Origin: Puccinia triticina | Taxonomy: Eukaryota | Direction: 5' to 3' | NCBI GenBank assembly: GCA_026914245.1 | Contig: CP110439.1 | Coordinates: forward strand, 2,356,001 to 2,420,000 | DNA length: 64,000 bases | Part shown: piece after piece, positions 24,484 to 34,597 of the stretch | How positions within the stretch are numbered: position 1 is the stretch's first letter | Layout of the letters: each line of letters starts with the position of its first letter | Program-made: the position numbers and the translations under genes | The notes under the pieces: model-generated | Seen by the model: only the letters and a program-made list of their open reading frames with translations | The model's database searches: none | Told to the model about the DNA's origin: nothing

Positions 24484-24816
24484 ATGAGTAACCATTTTAA
24501 AGTCCCTGCAAATCAGTCGGCTGAAACCTCCTTAGCACATTTCTGGCCCATCTATCTCTTTAATATTGCGCCGGGAACTTCCGCCGCAGACATCACAGAA
24601 GCGCTGAAAGAGCACGGATCTATAAGGGAATCTTTTACGCCACACGTCGGATCTGGGATAGAGCTATTTGCTTTGGTCGTGTTCACGAGTCGGGAGGGAG
24701 CTAATAAAGCTATTGGAGCTCTTGATGGCGCGAAAGCAGACGGATTGCTATTGGAGGCGCGAGCAACGACAAAGGAGGAGCGCCGAGGTCTGGAACTTCT
24801 AGCGCGGATGACATAA
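24484..24816 (+). CDS. Single RRM-domain protein (110 aa) encoded inside Gypsy-B
   Basis: RNP2-like IYLFNI, helix TSAADITEALKEHGSI, RNP1-like LFALVVF, helix SREGANKAIGALDG, final strand LLLEARA. AAA-ATG context. Confidence 0.75.
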   Translation: MSNHFKVPANQSAETSLAHFWPIYLFNIAPGTSAADITEALKEHGSIRESFTPHVGSGIELFALVVFTSREGANKAIGALDGAKADGLLLEARATTKEERRGLELLARMT

Positions 24817-26053
24817 ACAGCTCTGGAGACGAAACTAAGGATAGCTACGCCGCAAGGATCACACCAATTTGGGGGTGGCTTCTCCACCCATTTCCCCTAA
24901 AAATTCTTTTTACATTTTTCCTTTATTTCTTCATCTAGATATACCTCTTCGTCATCACATTATTTCCTGGAAATTTACAATAAAATCAAACAAGAAAAAA
25001 CAGCATAAAATTCACTAAAGAAATATAAATCAACCAAATCTTATTTCTGCCTCACTTGTTCATAGCTTTTCTATTCTTCAAACTCAACTCAATTTTTTTA
25101 CGCTAGAAGGAAAATCAAAACATACAAAAAAAAAACAAAATCTGCACAAAAACCAATCAAACTTGCCACGTCACAGTCTTCTTTTGCCTTGCCCTATTTT
25201 CTTTTCTCCTCTCTTTGTCATACCTCACTCAAGGTTGGATGATGGGGACATCATCTAATTTGGGGGTGGATGTGGTGAGCCTAATCAAAACCTTATTACA
25301 TCACTCAGACACTCACCAGGAAGGAATCACCGCCAAACGCCCTCTAGAAATCACTCTGGTACCTGTAATCCACGCCCACAGACACTTCATAATAGCCTAG
25401 AATCATCTCTACAAGGCGCCTCAACTTCTCAGTATTCACTTTCATGGATGGCCCTCCACAATGGGTAATAAAATATGTACACAATCAGGTTCAAAGTGGG
25501 AGAAAGTCCACCATCAAACAGAGCCAGACTATTAGGAAGGACCCTGAGTGTTCACTAGAATTAACTCCTCTATATTCCAGCAAGGCGTAACTCTTTCTCA
25601 GATGCATGGTGGCTGATGCGCCATGGTTATTGTTTTCCTCTTATGTCATCCCAAGCCATGTAGTAGATGCCTTGTTGTTTTGTTGCCTTGTCACCTTGTT
25701 GGAGGCTTTTTGTACCCTGTTCCCATCTTTCTCTTTGTCTCAGAACCATCTGTTGTCCCCTCACTATAAATGTAGAGCCTTTTGGCCCATTCTGTTTGTC
25801 CCCCATCAGATTGTCACTTTGCATCCCTGGTCACAGAATAAGAATTACATAGCCTATTTTACCACATATTTTACAGTATATTTTCCCCCTTGATTTCGTC
25901 TAGAAAGCACTATTCTCAATACTTCATCAGCCACACTTTTCTTTAAGAGTCCATACTCTTATTCTTGTCCCATATTACTCTCCCAACCTGAGAGGCAGCT
26001 TTTCACGCACTCATCCCTCTCTAAGCTCTATTCCCCCAAAGAGTAGTTCCACA

Positions 26054-28022
26054 CCGTTTGCAGAAGTACAGCTCCAACCGCAAAATACAATGCATCAGTC
26101 TCAGCAATAAACGGCTTTGAGGTATCAGGCATCAACAAAACAGGTGCTGTAATCATCGCGTTTTTCAAAACCTCAAAAGCTAACTGATGTACAGGTAGCC
26201 ACAAAACTTTTTGTTTCTTTGTAACATTACCTCCCGTTAGATCATTTAGAGGAGCCGCAATTTTTGCGAAATTTTGGATGTACCTACGATAGTAACCGCA
26301 CAATCCCAAAAACGCACGTACGTCGTAGACATTCAAAGGTCAAGGCCAGTCTTTTATCGCCTCTAACTTGTCTTCCATTGGGCGAACATGGTTATGCAAA
26401 ATGATATGTCCCACATACTGTAGTTCTTTATGACCAAAGAAACACTTATGCCCACTACACTTTAATTCCTCATCTTGTAGTACCTGTAACACTTTATCAA
26501 TGTGTTTCAGATGTTCGTCCTCATTTTTTGAATAAATAAGAATATCATCCAGATAAACTTGCACAAAGTGATCAATGAACGGTCGGAGGATTTGAGTCAT
26601 CATCCTCTGAAAAGTACTCAGGGCATTCACCAGACCGAACGGCATCACAAGCCATTCGAAGTGCCCGTACTTCGTCCCAAACGCTGTCTTCGGAACGTCT
26701 GCCGGGCTAATTCGCATTTGGTGAAACCCTTGCTGTAAGTCAATTTTAGTGAAATACTTCGCACCCAATAAGGAATCAAAACATTCTTGGATCAGTGGCA
26801 ACGGATGCCGATCCTTCCGAGTCACGCTGTTCAATGCTCAATAATCCACACAAAACCTCAAAGCACCATTTGAGTTTTTAGCAAAGAGGATTGGAGAAGA
26901 CCAAGACGAGATGGACGGTTGAATAAAACCCTGACTTTGCAGTTTTTCCAATCGCTCTTTCAATTCTTTCAATAGTAACGGCGATAATTGACGTACCGGC
27001 TGAGAGACCGGCTTTGCATCTCCCGTATCAAAGAGATGCTCTATTACACGTTTTTTCCTTGATGCCTCTTCAATAGTATTGAACAAATCAGCAAATTCAT
27101 TTACCTTTTTTCTGAGCCGATCTGCAAACAAACCGTTCCCCGGAAAATTGACAGGAAACGTAGATGCAACTTCCTCCCTTGTACCCAAAGGTACTACTGG
27201 AACAGGGACGCAAACAAACAATTCATTATGTTGTTTTTTCATCTCAGACTTAAACTGGTGTCTTGAGCATTGACCAATGTCAATCGTCTCAAGCGTATTC
27301 AACGTATGTTTCTCAATAACATTTAAACAAGTAGAAGTCGGACAAAAATTTACTGATTTACCATTCGGGTGTCTCAGTACCCATTCATTCTTCGTCCAAT
27401 CTGTAGAAAGGACAAAGGCCGATATCCAATCGCGTCCCAAAATCAAATCATAAGATGACAAAGGAATAACTTTACATTTCGCATCCATAGGGACTAACGC
27501 TAACTCAATGTGAATGACACTACATTCATTTCTAGTCACAGTTTGGCCAAAAGCGCCGCTCACGCCGAAATTCGCACTAGGGAGTCGCGACAATCCCCTG
27601 TCAGTCACCAAAGCTTCTGATACATACGAACAACTAGCGCCGGTATTAAACAAGACTTGACACATCCGGCCGCTGATGGGCGCAAAAAAATCAACAATAA
27701 GAGAATCATTCTCTGCACAAACGGTAAGCAAAGACTCAGGTTTGTAACTCCCAAGTCCATCCAATAAAGAGTCAGACACCCCCGCCGAACTTACCTTCAT
27801 CTTACTCACCCTCAACCCTTTCTCTAAAGGACTTAACGTTGCTTCCACTTTTGGACAGCCAACCAATTCAACAAGACTCGGGGCGATCAACTCACCGAGT
27901 GTACTCACAGTTTGCTCACAAGATAAAGGAACGGTAGGATTTATTTCAAACGAAAGACTACGGTTACAATTATCAGCAGACGTCGATGGGCGAGACAATG
28001 CACCATCGACTACACATTTTTT
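26054..28022 (-). pseudogene. Gypsy-A pol 5' part: protease, RT and start of RNase H
   Basis: VLFNTGASCSY (catalytic D changed to N), LILGRDW, LRFCVDY*, WLVMPFGL, VYLDDIL, FLGLCGYYRRYI, ETDAL. Confidence 0.92.
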
Positions 28023-29515
28023 TCCTTGGCCTTGCCTTTTCCTTTGGTAGTACCATTCGCCACAGAGGCCTCATAATCTTTTTGCTTCTCAGATTTAGGC
28101 TGATCACATTTAGCACTGACATGACCTGGTTCACCACAATTGTAACAGGTCCTCTTGCCCGAATCCGGCTTTCTTCCCCCGGCAGAGCCTCCTTGAGAAT
28201 CGGCGCCACGTCTGGAACCGGTACCGGAGTTGTGATTGGGGCGAGAAGTCGATGTACTGGCCAGGTTGTCCGCAGTGTGTCTTCTGTATCGCCGATCTTC
28301 ATCCATTGCCATCATCGCAATGGTCGCAAAATTCAACTGTTCGAAGGAGCGCAATTCTTGACGAGCAATTTCAGCTTCAACAATGCGACGCAAGCCCGGT
28401 CTCAAGCGCTCCACGAAACCAATACGTTCGTCGTACAAAAACCCATAAATTGATGCTTGGGTTTGCCAATCCCTGAAACGACTGAAGAAAGAAGCCGCGG
28501 TCTCATTTGCTCCTTGACGCAATGCTGCAAAATCAGCAGCCACCGCCGTACGATTGGAGAAGTCCGGGTTCAAGCGACACAACCATTCCACAAAGGTCTC
28601 CCAACTTTTTGGTTCAGTCCTCGCTCTCATAGCGACATTCAAATCATCCCGAGCCTTTCCATTCAAACAAAGAAATCCGATTCGGTGCCAAATCCCGGCG
28701 TGCACGGAGCGGAGGATCATTTCAGAGGCTAACTTGTCTAGCCAATTTCTTGCTTCTTGAGCGTCGGTACCCGTAAACTCGGGAACCTTCTGAAGATTCC
28801 AATTCTTCATAGCCTTCGTCGTATCAGTGATGTAAGGTTGTTGAGGAAGAGGGCCATAGGACGCCACATCCGGCATGACAATGTTCGGAGCCGGAACCGA
28901 TTGAGGAGCAGGGGTCGAAAAACCACGAGTGCCATTCGCCAAAAGAGATACTCAAGGATACTCCTCTCGAGCCCGACCACCAACATGCTCACTAGATGCC
29001 TTCACAGTGTCGGCATCATCACAATCCATCGGACCAGACGCCATCGCTGGATTGGTTACACGAGGCACAAAGCCGGTAATCTTGACCTTAGTGTCAACAG
29101 GACTCTTATCGACCACAGGTTGTTGATTTGCAATCGGAGTGGAGTTCACAGCTTCCCCACGAGTCGCATCAGGACGTTGCATCCCAGGATCCGACTGCGC
29201 AGGCCGAGTCTCTTCCGACGACTCAGGTTGGACAATGGTAGGATCACCAAAAGGATTGGAATCCAAGGTGGCCGATGTTGCCGGTTCACGCTCATCTCCC
29301 TCGTCGTCCGTCCCTCCATAGAGATTAGCGTTCCAATAGGTGGGGTTGTTTATGACCCAAGCAGTCTGATCAGGCGTAAACAACGCTATCTCATCATCTG
29401 TATACGTCTCCCCATTAGCAGGCGGAGGAGCTCCAGGGATAGCTTGAGATTGACGACGACCTGAGCGTCCCATGACATTAGAGTGACCGGAGTACATATT
29501 TTCTATTTGCAACAC
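28010..29515 (-). pseudogene. Gypsy-A gag, with an in-frame TGA at 28952-28954
   Basis: VPEFTG, LRQGANE, FVERLRPGL and knuckle CYNCGEPGHVSAKC. The upstream 187-aa piece is in the same frame. Confidence 0.85.
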
Positions 29516-32500
29516 GCAGTCAGTACTGAGATCAAGTTCACAGAGAACACAAAAGAGTAGCCAGCTTACAAAAAACTTAGTGTTTCAAAAATAATAGGAC
29601 CGAAAAAAAAAGCGCACCAACGAAACACGAAATGTTGATGGATACTACAGATAATCAAAAAAAATCACAACATTAGCACACAGCTTTCAACACCCAAAAC
29701 ACTCTGCCCGCCCCAGAGGAGCTACTAGACTTGGTACACAAAGTATTCCAATAGCAACCGGAAAATTCTTCACGAAGATATAGCTTACATTTGTATGTTT
29801 TACTGGAAAGTGTTCAATTTGTACTTCTCGAATTGCCAATGGATGACTTCGGAAAGCGTTTTTTCTTCTAACCAAAGAAAACCACCAATAAATCAAACAT
29901 AAGTATCAGAACGAGGTTTATCTCAAGCAGACAAGAGCATAAGGCCTCTTTCAAGTATCTAATCGTAAAAAAATAGCTCTCGCTACCACTGTAACGGGGC
30001 TCTTACAGGTGATTGGACAGAGCGCGGTGATGAACGCAAAAAGGTAGTGACAAAGATCTGAGTATCGTATTCAATGAGAAAGAGATACCAGATCAAAGCA
30101 ACAGGACTTTTATGTACAACCAATGATAACTACGAGTGAAATAGCATAAGCAGCATGAAATAGGATGAGATATTTATGCTGCAGTGAGATACATAATAGG
30201 CATGATCATATGTAATATAAGTGAAATACATAATACTAAAGGAGAAGAATAGTCTTCGATACATCTACATGAGAAGCCTTGTAATAGTAAGTCCGGGGGT
30301 TACGTAATCCCTAGGACGCACGGCTACATGACTGGGTCCGTGCCAGTCATCGAGAGGAGTACATACTTCCCTTGATGACCGGGTCCGTTCCGGTCATCAA
30401 GGGAAGTGTTCACTCCTCTTGATGACCGGAGCAATTGGGTCATCGAGGGGAGTATGTAATCCTCTCGATGACTGGGCCCGTTCCGGTCATTGAGGGGAAT
30501 GTTCACTCCTCTCAACGACCGGAGCAATTGGGTCATCAAGGGTGTACTCCTCTCGATGACCGGAACGTCCCGGGCATTCTCGGAGGAGTATGTACTCCTC
30601 TTGGTGACCTGGTTGCTCCGGTTGTTGAGAGGAGTGAACACTCCCCTCGATGACCGGAACGGGCCTGGTCATCAAGGGGGTGTTCACTCCTCTCGATCAA
30701 GGTGAACCGGAACGGACCCGGTCACCAAGGGAAGTATGTACTCCTCTCAATGACCGGGTCCGTTCCGGTCATCGAGGGGGTGTTCACTCCTGTCAATGAC
30801 CGGGTCCGTGCCGGTCATTGAGAGGAGTACATACTTCCCTCAATGACTGGGTCCAAGTGAACACCCCCTCGATGACTGGCAATTTGTGCCACATGCACAC
30901 AGGTGCTGGCCGGTCATCAGGGGAGTGTGTAACTCCGCTCGATGGCCTGTGCTAGCCATCGGCACGGCGGCTGGGGGATAGCCGGGCCCGGAGCTGCTGC
31001 CCCTCAAACTTTCTTTTTGAGGGGCTGGGTACCCGACCGCTGAAGTCCTAGCGGTGAAAAGTCCCCGGGGTGGGCTATCGGGGTAGCGGGTGCCTTTTTT
31101 TGGATTGATATTATGATTTTTTTTTTACATGACAAGGACACCTCCAAAAAATCTAATATTTTTTGGAGAGGGCAGTTAAGACCCCCTCTTTTGATCCATA
31201 GAAAAAAATTTGGGAAAAATCCCCTCCTTCTTTTGGGGGAAGTCACTGTGCGCAAAGTATTTCTCCGCTTGCGCGCAAAGCGGGATCAACGTCGGGGATG
31301 GTCGATTCTGTGCGCGAAGAGTTTTTTGCTGCTGCGCAAAGTAGGTCCGTTTTTTTAATTTCTTGCAAATTTCTCAGAATGTTCATTACTGTTCAAACCA
31401 AGGAGGGAAAATTTGAGAGCAAAGTATGGCATGCAACAAGAATGATAAAAAATGAAAAATTTTGAAACCATTTTCAATGATTTTTTGGGTGGATGGGTTA
31501 CCAACCAATTTCATTTGAACTCAGGGACTGTAGCCCAAATCACCACTAATTTGACTCAATTTATTTTATCCAAGAAAAATCATTGGCAATGGTTTCAAAA
31601 TTTTTCATTTTTTATCATTCTTGTTGCATGCCATACTGTGCTCTCAAATTTTCCCTCCTTGGTTTGAACAGTAATGAACATTCTGAGAAATTTGCAAGAA
31701 ATTAAAAAAATTCCACATTTTTCATTTTTTTATTTTTACTTTTTTTTATTTCATAATCATTCTTAGGAACCTATTTTCCACCCCTGTAGCCAATCTCATG
31801 ACTTGAAGGCTGTGGCCTGAGCTTCTGCATTCAAAAATGTGGTGCCAAAAACATTAGATGACCCACTGTACATCGCTCGCATAGCCCTGGGTGATCCCCG
31901 GGCTCTTGTTTCCTTCTCCCGGTATTGGGTATGTACACCACAGCCCATCTCAACATCCTGACAATGGGGAGCGGGACTGTTGTGGGACAATTGGACTTTG
32001 GGGGTGAACACGCGAAGCAAGCCTCCCTCAGGAGGGACTTGAACTAATTAGCAAAGTCCCTTCTGGGTGCAAACCCGCCTCTGAAGGAGGGACTTAGGAA
32101 TGTGTGTGGCCTGACAAGTTTTTTGAATTTGACAGTGAAAAATTGAAAAATTGAAAAACATTTAACGAAGTATCTTGCGGGTCCAAAGCGCCTGCCTCCA
32201 AAGGAGGGACTTAAATGAGTAGCCAAGAAGCTCAGCTACATTCTGCAATTTTTTAAGCAACCTGTTGCCACCAAACAACCCAAGGAATTGGAGTCTTGTT
32301 TTTTCCCATACAAATGCATGCATTTTGTGGGCCCGTGCAACCAGAAAAAATTGACAATGATGCACTTGGGACACTCATTTTGGAAGGAAGGTGCAGAAGG
32401 ATGGTCCCCAAAATTGGTGATCAGAAAGGCAAGATGAAAGCCTTTTCTCTCATCTTTTCCATGCCACTCTATCTAGGTTGGTTAAAGTTTGGGAGGGACT

Positions 32501-33111
32501 TGCCACTTAGCTCCCCAAACTTGCGCACCAAGAATGAATTCTCAAGTTAGTTTCTTTATTTTTTCTACAGTTCACCTACCAAATCCGCTCCTATGTGATT
32601 ATCTCAATGTCATTGGAATGTGCTGCAGAAGAGCATACAAATTCTTGTATCTCCCATGAGCTCCTCTATGTTCTGGTGGAGAGCAAACTGTGGAAGCTGA
32701 GTTGTTGAGAACAGACCCTCACTGTGCAAAATACTTATTTTGAGTGTTTTTAAAGGGTTTTTTTTTGGACTGGAAGGAATTTTGTGAAGTTAACCAAATT
32801 CTCTAGGTTGGACAGGTACAAGCTAGTCTTCAACCTAAGCAATTCTTTTGCAAATAAAGTTAAGGAAGCAAGGAATTATAGAGGTTTGAAAATTTCTGCC
32901 CCCTAAATTTAGAATTTAGCCCCCACAAAAAGGGGTGATGGGATTGCAAGTCCATCCTGCCAAGGGCTGTCAGGGGCTTGCTTTCCAGACCCACACATGC
33001 AGCAGTAAGGGACTTGGTTTAAGTTTGGTCTGAGGAATGATTTGCTCCTGCCCAGTGTTGTAGCCCAGAGGGCTACACACTCTGTAACTTGCCACAGTCG
33101 TGGTATCCAAC

Positions 33112-34077
33112 TAGGGGTGTAAATGGGTCGGGTCGACCCGCAAAGACCCGTGACCCAATGGGTTCTGGGTCGGGTTTGGGCAGCCTTTTGGCCTCCCTTT
33201 GAGAAACCAACCCGACCCGTTGAGACCCAATTAGAAAACCGGGTTGGGTTTGGGCAGGGCTTTTTCCATTTGGGTCGGCCCATGAACCCGACTAAGACCC
33301 AATTAGGAAAGCTATGTACCTGAGGCTATTGCTCCAGGTTGCTCCACAATCCAGAGTCCACACTTCCGATGTTGACGTGCGCTTCAAGAAATACATCACA
33401 GCCATCCACGCTGTATCAACCACTGCCAAGCTTGATCTGTACCTTCAAGAACCACCGGTCGCGACTCAATCTCAAAAGTTTTCAGTTCTTGCCTGGTGGA
33501 GCACCCACCAGGGAAGATTTCCGAACCTTTCCAAGCTGGCAAAAACTGTACTGATGGTTCCGATGACCTCTATTGCTTCGGAATCTGCCTTCTCAACCAG
33601 CGGGAGAGTGCTCAGTGACTACCGAACCAGGATGAAGCCAGAAACACTCGAGGCTCTCATATGTGGGCAAGACTGGGTCTGCAGCCACAAAGGCCTATAC
33701 CCGGACCCTTTGGAAACAGATGAACTCATAGATTAAGGATTTCCATGTTTTTCTTTTTTATCTATTTTAAAGCAATACACAAAGCTTTTCTTTTCTTTTC
33801 TTGTGCTTTTAAACTGGGCACTCATTCCTGGGATCTGCTGAGCAAAAAATGTCGGGTTGACCCAAGACCTGAGCCGGACCCAACCCGGACCCAACACCTT
33901 GTAAATTGGGTCGGGTTTGGGCAGCGTATCTGCACTTTTTTCCCGACCCAACCCAACCCGGGTTTCACGTTGGGTCGGGTTTGGGCACCATTTTCCGACC
34001 CAACCCAACCCGGGTTTCACGTTGGGTCGGGTTTGGGCACCATTTTCCGACCCAAACCCGACCCGTTTACACCCCTA
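33112..34077 (+). mobile_element. Internally deleted hAT element (966 bp)
   Basis: TIR TAGGGGTGTAAA(T/C)GGGTCGGG, perfect 8-bp TSD TATCCAAC (33104-33111 and 34078-34085), many ACCCG/CGGGT subterminal repeats. Confidence 0.95.
33314..33736 (+). CDS. hAT C-terminal dimerisation domain-only ORF (140 aa)
   Basis: LDLYLQEP...VLAWW...FPNLSKLAKTVLMVPMTSIASESAFSTSGRVLSDYRTRMKPETLEALICGQDW, uninterrupted. Confidence 0.7.
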   Translation: MYLRLLLQVAPQSRVHTSDVDVRFKKYITAIHAVSTTAKLDLYLQEPPVATQSQKFSVLAWWSTHQGRFPNLSKLAKTVLMVPMTSIASESAFSTSGRVLSDYRTRMKPETLEALICGQDWVCSHKGLYPDPLETDELID

Positions 34078-34597
34078 TATCCAACTCACCAAAGGTCCTG
34101 CAGCTGCCTGCAGAGCCCGCGTGCCCGGCAGCACTGCGCTCTTGGAAACTCCGTTGGACGCTTTGGTGCCCCGCGCTAGATTCTACCACCACAATTTTTG
34201 GGGAACACTCTCATGAAAGGGTTGAGGAATGTCCCCAACCAGGCACTTGCATGAGGAACGGTGGCAGGATGTTGGCTGACTGTTACTGGAATGTTGAGAC
34301 CTTCAGTCAAAGACTAGCACAGTGGTATTCAAAGTGTTTTTTGGGACCTTCGAATACTGATTTGTCAAATATTTGAGTATTTGGAGATATTCAACGGAAA
34401 AACTTCCAAAATACATTAAAAACACCAAAAAATTACATTTTTTGTGTTTTTGACTTCTTTTGGCCCATTTCTGAGCCATAAATTTTTGAGGAGGTCATCT
34501 GTCAAAAATATCATGGTGCCAAAGACACTTACAATACTGCCAGAGGCATATCTCATAATGGCGGACGCACTACTCAGAGTGCCGTACACACTTTTGA

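Larger units (their letters stand above)
16409..26053 (+). mobile_element. Full-length young Ty3/Gypsy element B (9645 bp) with extra ORFs
   Basis: 783-bp LTRs at 16409-17191 and 25271-26053 (3 differences seen). TSD CCGT at 16405-16408 and 26054-26057. PBS-like TGGTGTCCCAAC at ~17194, PPT TTGGGGGTGGA. Excision restores LLQTDKEEKWHP in Gypsy-A. Confidence 0.97.
14266..30328 (-). mobile_element. Full-length Ty3/Gypsy element A, decayed, interrupted in RNase H by Gypsy-B
   Basis: 339-bp LTRs at 29990-30328 (5') and 14266-14604 (3'), ~6 differences. TSD TGAC. PBS TGGTAGCGAGAG (Ty3-like iMet), PPT AAGGGGGGGATAG. Domain order gag-PR-RT-RH-IN. Confidence 0.95.
12569..31349. mobile_element. Mutator-like foldback element with long imperfect TIRs and internal CTCGATGACCGG palindromic arrays (~13930-14265 and ~30329-30960); host of a solo LTR and Gypsy-A
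   Basis: CGGACCTACTTTGCGCAGCAG at the left end, reverse complement ending at 31349. The arms 13600-13970 and 30910-31290 are inverted homologues. The element sits in a duplicated T7 run of the host MITE. Confidence 0.8.
12403..31868. mobile_element. Tc1/mariner-type foldback MITE (~680 bp: 12403-12568 + 31350-31868) expanded by nested insertions
   Basis: TA|CAGTGGGTCATC...GATGACCCACTG|TA. 12403-12568 is the reverse complement of ~31703-31868, and 31350-31490 pairs with 31570-31710. A related fragment lies at 62522. Confidence 0.88.

Noticed and set aside
24484..24816. env-like third ORF
   Set aside because: It is too short and has no signal peptide or transmembrane segment. The pattern fits an RRM instead.
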